Shown one piece after another: positions 37,502 through 46,920 of a stretch of 64,000 nt of DNA; the first letter of the stretch is position 1, and every line of letters begins with the position of its first letter. A program made the position numbers and the translations under genes. Under the pieces are notes generated by a model. It had not been told where the DNA came from and searched no databases. It saw only the letters and a list, made by a program, of their open reading frames with translations. Source of the DNA: Candidatus Cloacimonadota bacterium. GTDB taxonomy: Bacteria > Cloacimonadota > Cloacimonadia > Cloacimonadales > JAIOQZ01. The stretch is taken from the NCBI GenBank assembly GCA_021108395.1, contig JAIOQZ010000050.1, positions 21 to 64,020 on the forward strand, in the 5' to 3' direction.

Positions 37502-38746
37502 CTATACCTCCATCTGATTGCCGCGCACAATGGCGTAGCGGGAGAAAACCGGGCCAATCAGTTCGTTTATGAACACCGAGAACAGGATGATGTTTACCAT
37601 TGTGTCAATCATATACTGCTGTGCCTGGCTCAGTTCGGCCAGTATGGGCGATGCCTGTATGAGCAGCACCAGCCCGATGGCCACGCCGGCCTGCGGCAGC
37701 ATCGAAAAGCCGAGGTAACGCCGGATGCGCGGCTCTGTGCCACTGAGCAGACAGCCCAGCCACACGCCGCCATACTTGCCCAGCGCCCGCAGCAGAATAT
37801 ATACGCCACCCCACAGCAGGATGCTGCCGGTGGCAATGATTTCCGGCCGCAGCTCGGTGCCGGCAATGACGAAAAACAGCGCGTAAACCGGCGGCGTCAT
37901 TGGTTCGAGGGCGCGAAAGATGCGGTGATTGCGCGCCGACATGTTGATGATGACGGTTCCGACCGCCATATTTGTGAGCAGCGGACTGAGATCGAACACC
38001 ACGGCGATGGCGGTGGTGAGCAATATCATGCCCAAACTGACGATGAGCAGCTCGTTGGTGTTCTGCTTGCGACGGGTCATGAAGTGGATGAGCAGCCCCG
38101 CCACGATGCCCAGAGCGATGCTGAACACCACGTCGAGCACCGCGTGCAGGACGATGTGCACCGCCCCGCCTGCATGGCTCAACATGCCGGAGACAATGGC
38201 GAACACCACGCCGAAAAGCACCACGCAACCTGCGTCGTCCAGCGCGACAACGCCATAGAGGTAGTCGATGAAGACGCCATGCGCCCGCAGGCTCTGCACG
38301 ATGGCTACAGTGGCCGCCGGCGCCGTGGCAGTGGCGATGGCCCCCAGCAGCAGCGCGTAGGGCAGCTCCATGCGAAACACCAGCAGCCCTGCCATCACGG
38401 CAAGGAAGGTGAGCGCAATCTGCATGATAGTGATGATGACCACGTCTTTGCCCATGCGCTTCAGCTTCACCCAATAGAACTCGCCACCGATGGTGACGGC
38501 GATTAACCCCAGCGCCACTTCGGTGAGGGTGCTCAGCGACTCGTTCATGTGCAGGGGAATGATGCCCAGCGCGCTTTTGCCCAGCAGCAGCCCGGCCACG
38601 ATGAAACCGGTAATTTCTGGCAGGTGCAGCTTTTCGGCCAGCTTACCGATGAAATAGCCCACCACCAACAACACGCCCACGCTGAACAGGGCATGCTCGC
38701 CCAGCTCGAGTTTCAGCTCACACAAGTGCGTCAGGAACGTTTCCAT
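37502..38746 (-). CDS. Cation:proton antiporter (CPA2/Kef-NapA-like)
   Basis: ~12 TM helices, LPEITGFIVAGLLLG and ATATAPAAT motifs typical of the Na_H_Exchanger family. Confidence 0.85.
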   Translation of the reverse strand: METFLTHLCELKLELGEHALFSVGVLLVVGYFIGKLAEKLHLPEITGFIVAGLLLGKSALGIIPLHMNESLSTLTEVALGLIAVTIGGEFYWVKLKRMGKDVVIITIMQIALTFLAVMAGLLVFRMELPYALLLGAIATATAPAATVAIVQSLRAHGVFIDYLYGVVALDDAGCVVLFGVVFAIVSGMLSHAGGAVHIVLHAVLDVVFSIALGIVAGLLIHFMTRRKQNTNELLIVSLGMILLTTAIAVVFDLSPLLTNMAVGTVIINMSARNHRIFRALEPMTPPVYALFFVIAGTELRPEIIATGSILLWGGVYILLRALGKYGGVWLGCLLSGTEPRIRRYLGFSMLPQAGVAIGLVLLIQASPILAELSQAQQYMIDTMVNIILFSVFINELIGPVFSRYAIVRGNQMEV

Positions 38747-39006
38747 TCAGCCTTCCAATAGCAAGTATGTATATAACTTGTAAAACTATCCTGGATGTTT
38801 CATGCTGTCAAGAGAAACTGCCACAGGCAGTTCATGCATCCCTCTCGGTTGAGGGTGCGAAGCATACTTGAACAAGTCAGCTTAGTCACTTTCCAGAGAT
38901 CAATGTCAGCAACATTATTCCTGTGAACACATGTAGCCACTAACAGATGACAACCCCTGATTGAGTATTGGCTGCTGTGTGGCTTGAATGAACCAAGTAA
39001 TCCATT

Positions 39007-40053
39007 TCATGATCTCAATTTATTAATAATTTTTACCATAGTCTGAAACGCGATATTAGGCCTTGCCTGCTGGTTTGTAGATCCCGTTATATAGATATCC
39101 ATCGCGGGCGAATAAAAAGCCACTGAACCGGTAGAACCACAATGCCCAATCATATCAGGCATTTGATGAAACGGCGAAAAAAAGCGAGGAGTATAGAATT
39201 TTTGTATGCCGATACCATATTTAAAGGGAAAGAAAATGTTATTCCACTTTTCCAACTCATATAATTTATCTTTTGAAAAAAAATAGCCGCTGAAAAACGC
39301 TTTTATAAATGCCATTTGATCTTCAGCAGTGGAAATTATATCATTTTGTGTAGAGGTGAGAAAAAGCGGGATATGTCTTGTTTCCGATTTATAACGGATA
39401 GGGACAAAATTTTTATCGTTTGCATCTTTACACACATAAGTTTTAGTCAGGCTCAGTTCTCGAAATAAATTGTTGAGAACAACATTTATAGGCTTTCCTG
39501 TAATGTTTTCTATTATCAAACCCAAGATTTGATGGTTTGTATCAATGTATTTTGCCTTATTTTCTTTCCCGGGAGGAAAGTGTGTTTTCATTCTTTTTAT
39601 CTCATGAATCACTTTAGCAGTTTGCCAGGCTTGATCTTTTCCTGCTTCAAGCTCTTTCATCACTATTCTTCCATTGGCTTGTTTATCGGTCAGATAACAA
39701 GGAAGCCCGGAAGTATGAGACATCAGATGGGATATTGTAAGAGAATTTGAATAATCCTTTCCCTTATACAAATGCAATCCCAGAATTACCTCATCTGGAA
39801 GATATTTTGAGATTTTATCCAGCAGATCTAATCTGTTCTCAGAACATAATTTCAGAATAATCGCAGAAACAAAAAACTTGTTTATACTGGCGATATAGTA
39901 TTGACTGTCATTTTCTATATTTCCGGATGCACTGATTAAATCAATGCTGTTGTCATCAGATGATATGTAAAAAACAGCTCCGAATATATTTTTCTTTGCA
40001 GCAACAGCATTTACTATCTGATCTAAATGCGATTTATTCAGTTTGCTTTTCAT
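39007..40053 (-). CDS. Serine hydrolase, beta-lactamase / penicillin-binding-protein family (class C-like)
   Basis: SxxK motif (ASINK), YxN motif (DYSN), HTSG, and a C-terminal HCGSTG. Strongly AT-rich coding sequence. Confidence 0.85.
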   Translation of the reverse strand: MKSKLNKSHLDQIVNAVAAKKNIFGAVFYISSDDNSIDLISASGNIENDSQYYIASINKFFVSAIILKLCSENRLDLLDKISKYLPDEVILGLHLYKGKDYSNSLTISHLMSHTSGLPCYLTDKQANGRIVMKELEAGKDQAWQTAKVIHEIKRMKTHFPPGKENKAKYIDTNHQILGLIIENITGKPINVVLNNLFRELSLTKTYVCKDANDKNFVPIRYKSETRHIPLFLTSTQNDIISTAEDQMAFIKAFFSGYFFSKDKLYELEKWNNIFFPFKYGIGIQKFYTPRFFSPFHQMPDMIGHCGSTGSVAFYSPAMDIYITGSTNQQARPNIAFQTMVKIINKLRS

Positions 40054-40099
40054 TCCGTCTCACTCCTCATCTCATATGTATTTTATTCATTTTCATTTT

Positions 40100-41328
40100 G
40101 ATATGATCCCTATGCAGCGTTCAGGATATCTCTCGGTGTGCGATAGTCCTGCGTGATTATGAGACGTTCTTCGTTGTAGATCCGGATTGCTTCCTCCACA
40201 TGCCGCAGCGCGTCGTCGTAGTCCCTGAATCTCTGCTTCAGCCCCAACTCGTGCTTCAGTATGCCGTTAATCCGCTCCGCCTTCGCGTTGTCGTAACACT
40301 TCCCGGGACCGGTCATGCTGGTACGGTAGCCGTATCCCCGTAAGGCCTTCTGGAAACGGTTGCTGGTGAACTGGCGACCGTGATCCGAGTGGTGGATGCA
40401 GCCCTTAGTCTCTACGCTTATACCAGCCTGACGAAGCTTCTTCATCGCCCGACGCAGAGCAAGCGCCGGACTCTGTGTTCCCAAATCAGGCTGCAGCGAG
40501 TAACCCAGAATCGCGTCCGAATACTGATCCGAAGTAAGTGACAGATACACGAAGCCCTTGCGCGTACGAATGTACATGATGTCGCTCGCGATGATCTCGC
40601 CAATACGCCTGACGACAGCTTCTTTGACCAGATTAGGATACTGGCTGCGCCGACCCAGACTCGTGCGGCGGTGCGAACGGTAGATAGGCGAGAGCATGCC
40701 ATAATCACCCAGGATATCGAAGAGCCTGTCTCTACCGACTTGAAGTCCGCTCGTGACCAGCATGTGCTGTAGCTTGCGAGCGCCGACGAATGGCTGTTTC
40801 GCATGTATCCGCTGTACAGCGGATACGATGTCCTCGACCAAAGCCTGTCGTCTCGCGAAGCGCTTTCGATACTGGTAGTAGCTCTGCTTGCTGCGTCCAA
40901 ACAAACCACAAATAGTCTGCATGTTCGCAGCTACTTCACTTTCTTGGGCAACGGCTCGACATTCGGTGATAATAGCGAACCAGTCTTTTTTTTTTACCCC
41001 AAGCCCGTACTTCCGCTCAGTCACGTTCACGATCGCCTGCAAGGCGCAGTTCTCGAGCACCTTCTCGCTGAGAGCAGCCTGCAATGCCTGTACTTTTTCT
41101 TCCAGTTCAAGGATTGTTTTGTCCTTGAAGCTGTCCTCAGGTTTCATGCAAATGACCTCTCTTCTCTTCGAGCTGGCCGCAACTTATTCTCGCGTATCCA
41201 TCTCGCGTTTTCACTTTGTGCTGCCCGCCGACAAAACGGCGCTGTTCGTCACTGTCGGCGCCTGCGCGAGATATTGGAGCAGCAGCCACGCCTCATCAAG
41301 TCAACTCACAGCAACAGGGACAGCCTTG
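40100..41328 (-). mobile_element. Decayed IS3-family element; the 5' HTH region is frameshifted or degenerate and the ends are not definable
   Basis: Upstream of ATG 41147 the minus strand encodes OrfA-like remnants in two frames (LDEAWLLLQYLAQAPTVTNS...TK* and ENARWIRENKLRPARREER). I could not identify convincing terminal inverted repeats. Confidence 0.55.
40110..41147 (-). CDS. IS3-family transposase (leucine-zipper end of OrfA fused in frame to OrfB: HTH_21 plus DDE integrase core)
   Basis: LELEEKVQALQAALSEKVLEN zipper; ICGLFGRSKQSYYQYRKR; DDE core ASDIMYI...HHSDHGRQFTS...CYDNAKAERINGILK. Confidence 0.9.
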   Translation of the reverse strand: MKPEDSFKDKTILELEEKVQALQAALSEKVLENCALQAIVNVTERKYGLGVKKKDWFAIITECRAVAQESEVAANMQTICGLFGRSKQSYYQYRKRFARRQALVEDIVSAVQRIHAKQPFVGARKLQHMLVTSGLQVGRDRLFDILGDYGMLSPIYRSHRRTSLGRRSQYPNLVKEAVVRRIGEIIASDIMYIRTRKGFVYLSLTSDQYSDAILGYSLQPDLGTQSPALALRRAMKKLRQAGISVETKGCIHHSDHGRQFTSNRFQKALRGYGYRTSMTGPGKCYDNAKAERINGILKHELGLKQRFRDYDDALRHVEEAIRIYNEERLIITQDYRTPRDILNAA

Positions 41329-42525
41329 TCACTTCACGATATGGCGCAGTTTCTCCAACGATTTGTGCAGCTTGAGAGATTGCAGCATGTCTCCGTCGAG
41401 GGCCGGTGGCACACCGATGATGTGTACGGGATTCTGCTCGTAGTCGAAGACGTTTGCCAGATGTACGCACGTGAGCGCTACCGGCGCTTCGTGTTGCACC
41501 ACCGAAGGCATTGGATGAAACGCTATCGCCTCAACGACCGGCTCCTGCAGTCCCCATAAACTCATGACATATGCGCCTAACTCAGCATGGCTTGCGTGAA
41601 AAGTCTCAACCTCGAGTTTATACATGCTGAGCTTCTCCCTGTTTGCCCGTTGGCACAGCTCGTTGTAGATGGTCGGAAACTCGGCAATAAGGATGAGCTT
41701 GCCTATGTCGTGCAGCAGCCCTGCCATAAAGGCGTAATCAGCCACCTTTTCGTCGAGCTTGAGGTGTCTCGCCAGCTTTTGGGAACTGTTTGCAACTACA
41801 ATGGCGTGGTGCTGTATCTGGTTTAGAACCTTCGTTGCAACATTGTTCACTTTGAAGCTCTCGAACAGGTGGATTGACAGCACCAGGCTGCGGATGATGT
41901 TCATGCCCAGCATCATTACGGCGCTGGAAGGGGACTCAATGTGTGTTGCAATGCCGAAAAACGCCGAATTGACAATCTGCAGAATCTTGGCGCTCATGCC
42001 GGGGTCATGCTCGATGATTTCCCCCACTCGCTTCAGCGAGCTGTCATCCTTCTTCAGTTCTTCCATGATCTCATTGTAAACAGTAGGCATGCTGGGTATG
42101 GTTTTCAGTTGGGATGCGAGTTTGATGAGCCGCTTCTCTTTCAGCAGTTTCCGCAACACCATGCTGCGCAGAATGGCAGCCTTGATGTTCTCCACGTTTG
42201 TCGGCTTGCTGAGAAACTGGTGTGCGAGTTTCGTTGCCTGCATGATGACTTCGCGATCGCTGAATCCCGAAAGTATTATGCGCAGCATATGCGGGTACTT
42301 TTCCTGTACGATGGTGAGCAGTTCATGCCCGCTGGTGCCCGGCATCCGCATGTCGGTGATAATAACGTCCCAGGTTCGCTCCATCAACATGCGTTTGGCC
42401 TCGTAACCTCCCGAAGCGAAACCCATCGTCCAGACCTTGCGCATCGAGCGCATCTTACGGCGCAGGCCGTCTAAGATTTTAGGTTCGTCATCAACGAAGA
42501 GAACATTCAGTTTATCGTCAGCCAT
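41329..42525 (-). CDS. Response regulator: REC domain plus HDOD output domain
   Basis: NVLFVDDEP...DVIITDMRMPG...LSKP (REC). IPSMPTVYNEIMEEL...DPGMSAKILQIVNSAFFG...AGLLHDIGKLIL (HDOD). GGAGG SD; the ATG at 42525 overlaps the kinase stop by 8 nt. Confidence 0.85.
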   Translation of the reverse strand: MADDKLNVLFVDDEPKILDGLRRKMRSMRKVWTMGFASGGYEAKRMLMERTWDVIITDMRMPGTSGHELLTIVQEKYPHMLRIILSGFSDREVIMQATKLAHQFLSKPTNVENIKAAILRSMVLRKLLKEKRLIKLASQLKTIPSMPTVYNEIMEELKKDDSSLKRVGEIIEHDPGMSAKILQIVNSAFFGIATHIESPSSAVMMLGMNIIRSLVLSIHLFESFKVNNVATKVLNQIQHHAIVVANSSQKLARHLKLDEKVADYAFMAGLLHDIGKLILIAEFPTIYNELCQRANREKLSMYKLEVETFHASHAELGAYVMSLWGLQEPVVEAIAFHPMPSVVQHEAPVALTCVHLANVFDYEQNPVHIIGVPPALDGDMLQSLKLHKSLEKLRHIVK

Positions 42526-44956
42526 GCTGAACCTCCGTTTTCTTCTTTGGTGGATTAACGGGAATTCGGAGAGTAAATGTCGTGCCTTTGCCTGGTGTTG
42601 ACTCGACATCAATTTTACCGCCATGCTTTTCAACAATTACAGCGTGGCTGATGGCCAATCCCTGCCCGGTGCCTTTGCCCACTTCTTTGGTTGTGAAGAA
42701 TGGATCGAAGATGCGCGCGAGAATATCTTTCGGCATTCCAGAACCGTTGTCGGCGATAGTGATAACAGCGTGGTCTCCATCAAGGCGGGTGCCTAAGCGA
42801 ATGACACCCTTCATCCCATTGTCTTTCACCACGTTGCCGATGGCGTGTGCGGCGTTGATGATCATGTTGAGAATGACCTGGTTGAATTCATCCGGCAGGC
42901 AATGTACCGGTGGTAGATCGGTATCGAAGTCCACCTCAACCTCAGCTACATATTTCCATTCGTTACGAGCCACAATCACAATCGTCTCGATAGCGTGATT
43001 GATATTGGTTGGCTTCTTCTCGCCGACTCCGGGATGAGAGAATTCCTTCATGGCACGTACGATTTGTGCGATTTTCTGAAGACCTTCATCACTTTGTGTC
43101 AGAGCTTCGGGCACTTCGTCGAGAAGAAAATCGAGGTCCAGTTCTTCCCACATTTTTGCGATGTTCTCCACCTCACCGGCAAATCCGTTGTCTGTTGGCA
43201 GCTGAAGGACCAGCTTCTTATAGGCGTCCAGCACTTGGACCAGGTCAGCGAAACTCTCGGCCAGGAAACTGACGTTGTCGCTGACAAATTGCACAGGGGT
43301 GTTAATCTCGTGAGCGATACCGGCGGCAAGCTGCCCTATCGACTCGAGCATCTGTGCGTTCATGAGTTGGTGTTCAAGATTTTTTCGCTCGGTGATGTCG
43401 GTACTGATGAGCATGATCGCGTATTCCTCACCGATAAGGGGCAAAGGATTCAGGCGGTTGAAGAGGTAACACAGCCCGTCCGGGAGTTCTATCTTTGTTT
43501 CCAGGGTCTGAAGCTGCCCCGTGTCGATAGCCTGCCGAAAGGCTTCTTCAAAAGCTTCGTGATACTTCGGCTGCATGAATGTAAAGGCCTTCTTTCCGAC
43601 CATGTCTTTTTCATGCCAGCCGAAGGGAAGCCGGTTCACCTTCTGAATAACGCCGTCCCCATCGAGAACGAAGATGTAATCGGGCGACGTCTCTGTCAGC
43701 GTACGTTGAAACTTCTCCGACCTTGCAAGGTCGGACTCCCGCTCGATGATGCCCTGATCGACTCGTCGTAATACGGTGTACAGGAAACCGAACAGCCCGG
43801 CCAGAAGAACCAGCGCCGCTCCGGCAGTGACAGCAATCAGTCGTTTCAGCGCCATCTCCGACTCGGAAATGTCATGCAGCACGATCAGATTACCCACGTC
43901 GGCCCCGGATACATCAATGAGTTCAGCGACCGCTAACTGCAACGTTCTGCCATCCCATTCCACTTTAGCGGTTACCGCATGGCGCAGATGATCATCTTCA
44001 TTGATGAAGCTTTCGAGAGCTGAGGGGAAATCGGGCATAGAGGTGTAGATCAGCGCATCATCGGGGAATCGGTCCCAGTCGGCATCCCGACCCAGCATCT
44101 CCATGCCCGCTTCCCAGTTGTTCCGATCAAGGGCATTCTTGTGGATAACCACCGCAAGCTCGATTTCCGAATTCTTGTGAATGCTGGCCAGAATATCCTC
44201 GATCTCCTTGCCTATTTCCATGTAGCCGATGAGCGTGTCGCCGTCAAAAACAGGCTGCACTATACGAAGTGTAAACGTGCCAAGCATTCCCAGCTCGATG
44301 CCGGAGGCCGTCCTGCCAGTTCGCTCCGCTTCACGCGCGGTGAACCGGTCGATGAGATCGCCGCTCTTGTCCGGCATGTGCATACGCAGCAGATTAACCC
44401 GGTCTGGACCGTGGAAGTGGAAGTGCGTGATGTTGAAATCATCCCGCAGATGCGCGAAAGTGTCCTCCCGGGCCGCCAGCAGAGCCTGCCGGTCTTGTCT
44501 TTTCAGCGCATCGCGCAGACCCTCGTCGTGAAGAAAAACATCTGTAAGAGCTTCCAGCGCTTTGGATTGTTCGATCAACAACTGGGTTATTCCGCCCACG
44601 GCCTGATCGAGCTTGTCTCGATTGATGTGATTCAGGTGTTCTTGCTGTACATTGAACAAAACCAGGCTGAACCCGCCGACCAGCAGCATCAATGACAAGG
44701 CCAGCGGAATCAGCAAGCGGCGCAGAACGGATTGGGACGAGGCTTCCGACTGGGTCCTGAACGCGAGAAGACTTGCCCCCAGTATTGTCAGCAGCGCCAG
44801 CATCAGGCCTATAGGCAGGATAGCGTCAGTAGTGATTTCGCATTTCCGGTTGCCTGCGTCTATATCTATGCCCAGTATGATGATCAGCGCGCCGGCAAAC
44901 AAGATCGCTGCCAGCAAACCGACAATCCATTGTCCGGTTCGGTTTTTCTCGCTCAT
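42518..44956 (-). CDS. Sensor histidine kinase (2 TM helices flanking a large extracytoplasmic sensor region, PAS-like segment, HisKA, HATPase_c)
   Basis: H-box [14 protein letters not shown]; N-box NMIINAAHA; G-boxes DNGSGMP and [12 protein letters not shown]; PAS-like [18 protein letters not shown]. Confidence 0.9.
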   Translation of the reverse strand: MSEKNRTGQWIVGLLAAILFAGALIIILGIDIDAGNRKCEITTDAILPIGLMLALLTILGASLLAFRTQSEASSQSVLRRLLIPLALSLMLLVGGFSLVLFNVQQEHLNHINRDKLDQAVGGITQLLIEQSKALEALTDVFLHDEGLRDALKRQDRQALLAAREDTFAHLRDDFNITHFHFHGPDRVNLLRMHMPDKSGDLIDRFTAREAERTGRTASGIELGMLGTFTLRIVQPVFDGDTLIGYMEIGKEIEDILASIHKNSEIELAVVIHKNALDRNNWEAGMEMLGRDADWDRFPDDALIYTSMPDFPSALESFINEDDHLRHAVTAKVEWDGRTLQLAVAELIDVSGADVGNLIVLHDISESEMALKRLIAVTAGAALVLLAGLFGFLYTVLRRVDQGIIERESDLARSEKFQRTLTETSPDYIFVLDGDGVIQKVNRLPFGWHEKDMVGKKAFTFMQPKYHEAFEEAFRQAIDTGQLQTLETKIELPDGLCYLFNRLNPLPLIGEEYAIMLISTDITERKNLEHQLMNAQMLESIGQLAAGIAHEINTPVQFVSDNVSFLAESFADLVQVLDAYKKLVLQLPTDNGFAGEVENIAKMWEELDLDFLLDEVPEALTQSDEGLQKIAQIVRAMKEFSHPGVGEKKPTNINHAIETIVIVARNEWKYVAEVEVDFDTDLPPVHCLPDEFNQVILNMIINAAHAIGNVVKDNGMKGVIRLGTRLDGDHAVITIADNGSGMPKDILARIFDPFFTTKEVGKGTGQGLAISHAVIVEKHGGKIDVESTPGKGTTFTLRIPVNPPKKKTEVQHG

Positions 44957-45134
44957 AAAGCTGTAACTCCGCTACTTGTTAATTGCTCTGTCATCTGACT
45001 TCTTTTCAACAAGTTCATCACGACCTGTTTCATGTGGGACATCTCCGGTCAATTCTCGAAACGTTCAACGTCGGAATAGCGCCTTCGCATGAAATCATCA
45101 AATGCTGCTGTCTTGAAGTTAACCTGAAAAGCAT

Positions 45135-46268
45135 CTACTTGTACTCCTTCACACGGATAGGCGCTTTCACGCCGATACCTTCATTGAACGACTTCAGCAT
45201 CTCGATGACAGTGAATGTCACTTCCTTTCCCTTTCGCACCAGCACCAGGCCATTTTCTGCGGTGACATTCTGGTCGAACACCATGTGGGTGTGGAGTCCG
45301 TCCACGCCTACGCTGCGGACGCGGATGTCATTACGTTCGATTGGCGTGGACTGCAAAGCGTTCAGCACTTCGGGGTTGTAAGCGCCTTCCTGTCGTTTCA
45401 TGAAGTGCAGCGCCTCACCCTGATTCATACCTCGCAGAATCAGGGTGTCAAAATCATTGGCGGCGCGCAGAATCTGGCCGCCCAGAACGAATGACTTGGA
45501 CATCATAGCTTCAGGGAAGTCTTGGTAGTCCTTGAGCTGACCCGAAATCATGTAGGCTATCGACTGTAGCCGGGGGATATTTGCGAGAAGCTTTTTCGCT
45601 ACCATCGGATGTTGCTGAAACAACTCGTTCTCAGTCTCTGTCAATCTATCGCCGCTGTAGTACTTATCGACGATCTGCAAGGGCAATGTGATACAGCCGA
45701 GTTGAGAAAGCATGGCGGCAAGGTCGTATTTCCATTCTTCATCCAGACCCAGCGTCTGCACCATATGCCGTACATAGCGTTGGATACGACTCGTCTTGCC
45801 GGACGCGATGGGACTGGTGAGATTGAGCACCTCGGTGAGCACCTTGACGCTACCGCGAAGTGTCTTGCCCAGCAATTCCCTCTCGGAGATGATGAGCCGG
45901 TGTTGATGCAAGGCCGCGTTTACCGCCTTCACCAGCACCTCGTTGGGGCACGGCTTGGTGAGAAACCGGAAGATGTGTCCTTCGTTCACCGCATCGACGG
46001 CAGTTGTGAGATCGGCCTGACCTGTGAGCATGAGCCGGACAGTGTCGGGCCAGCGATCGTGCACTTCGGCCAGCACGAATGTCCCGCTGAGACCAGGCAT
46101 CTGTTGATCGCACACGATAACAGCATAGGGCGTTTCGGCTTTCTGCATCATATCCAGCGCCTCCTGGCCGCTGTTGGCGCAATCGAAGCGTAATTTCCGA
46201 CGTAAAGTTCGACGGAAAGACTCCAGTATGTTTACTTCATCGTCCACAAACAAAATTTTTTCTTCCAT
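45135..46268 (-). CDS. Response regulator: REC domain plus a degenerate HD-GYP-like output domain (catalytic HD and GYP motifs not visible)
   Basis: ILFVDDEVNIL...VIVCDQQMPG...LTKP (REC). The output region aligns by eye to the HD-GYP layout but reads AAMLSQLGC where LHDIGK is expected, and no HHE..GxGYP is present. ATG 46268 lies 4 nt after the upstream stop. Confidence 0.8.
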   Translation of the reverse strand: MEEKILFVDDEVNILESFRRTLRRKLRFDCANSGQEALDMMQKAETPYAVIVCDQQMPGLSGTFVLAEVHDRWPDTVRLMLTGQADLTTAVDAVNEGHIFRFLTKPCPNEVLVKAVNAALHQHRLIISERELLGKTLRGSVKVLTEVLNLTSPIASGKTSRIQRYVRHMVQTLGLDEEWKYDLAAMLSQLGCITLPLQIVDKYYSGDRLTETENELFQQHPMVAKKLLANIPRLQSIAYMISGQLKDYQDFPEAMMSKSFVLGGQILRAANDFDTLILRGMNQGEALHFMKRQEGAYNPEVLNALQSTPIERNDIRVRSVGVDGLHTHMVFDQNVTAENGLVLVRKGKEVTFTVIEMLKSFNEGIGVKAPIRVKEYK

Positions 46269-46272
46269 ATCG

Positions 46273-46920
46273 TTACCCCTGTGGCTCTTTGGAGCCAATA
46301 ACGAGCGGATCGGAAACCGTATGTCTCTCTTCTTCAATCTCAGCATAGAGCCGCTCGACACACTCTGGACAGATGCAATGGGAAAACCTGAATCCGAAGT
46401 GACGTGCGAAGAACAACTCGATGCGCTCCCAACTCGCGGGGTCCATTGGCGGTTTCTCCTCTTTGCGCACCTTTGCGCAGTAGGAACACACCGACAGCGT
46501 ACTCGGAGTAGGCGTCCGCAAGTGCGCGTCGCTGCTGATTTCACGATTCATTTCATACTGCTCTACGGCTGTTTCGAGTATTTCAATGAGACTACCCGCC
46601 GGGAAAGGCTTTGTGAGAAAGCGAAAGACATTCCCCTCGTTCACGGCTCGAATTGAAGCCTCGAAGTCGCGATTACCGGAAAGCATGATGCGCACGGTAT
46701 TGGGTGACGCTTCTTGCACTTTGGCCAGAAACTTCACCCCATCCATGCCGGGCATCTTCTGATCGGCGATGACAACGGCGCAAGCCTGGTTGCCCTGAAG
46801 CGCCGACAGGCCATCATGGCCGTTCGTGGCCGTTACAATGTCATATCGGCCGTGCAACACGCGAGAAAGCGACTTCAATACACTTTCTTCGTCATCTACC
46901 AACAGTACCATGTGTTTCAT
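46273..46920 (-). CDS. Response regulator: REC domain plus a short C-terminal Cys/His-rich tail (putative zinc-binding)
   Basis: VLLVDDEESVL...VVIADQKMPGMDG...LTKP (REC), then CSYCAKVRKEEKPPMDPASWERIELFFARHFGFRFSHCICPEC. GGAGG SD before ATG 46920. Confidence 0.8.
   Translation of the reverse strand: MKHMVLLVDDEESVLKSLSRVLHGRYDIVTATNGHDGLSALQGNQACAVVIADQKMPGMDGVKFLAKVQEASPNTVRIMLSGNRDFEASIRAVNEGNVFRFLTKPFPAGSLIEILETAVEQYEMNREISSDAHLRTPTPSTLSVCSYCAKVRKEEKPPMDPASWERIELFFARHFGFRFSHCICPECVERLYAEIEEERHTVSDPLVIGSKEPQG

Noticed and set aside
37478-38506. ORFs 37478..38506(+) and 37605..38474(-)
   Set aside because: They are the antisense and an alternative frame of the CPA2 antiporter gene.
38747-39006. 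Search for a tRNA or integrase attachment site at the left edge of the AT-richer segment
   Set aside because: No cloverleaf-compatible sequence (no GTTCRANYC T-loop context) and no copy of the 47706-47765 repeat could be recognised.
40054-40109. Terminal inverted repeats of the IS3 element (also candidate left ends near 41300 and 47446)
   Set aside because: Candidate TGA... termini share only a few scattered matches, so I could not define IRs or target-site duplications by eye.
40803-41559. Plus-strand ORFs 40803..41375 and 40888..41559
   Set aside because: They are antisense to the IS3 transposase. Their only value is that their peptides exposed the sequence shared with 47581..48015.
44991-45041. 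Small ORF upstream of the histidine kinase, first thought to be ATGA-coupled to the kinase start
   Set aside because: Careful re-translation gives a 16-codon ORF (MSHMKQVVMNLLKRVR*) that ends 35 nt before the kinase ATG and has no spacing between GGAG and ATG. My first reading contained a transcription error.
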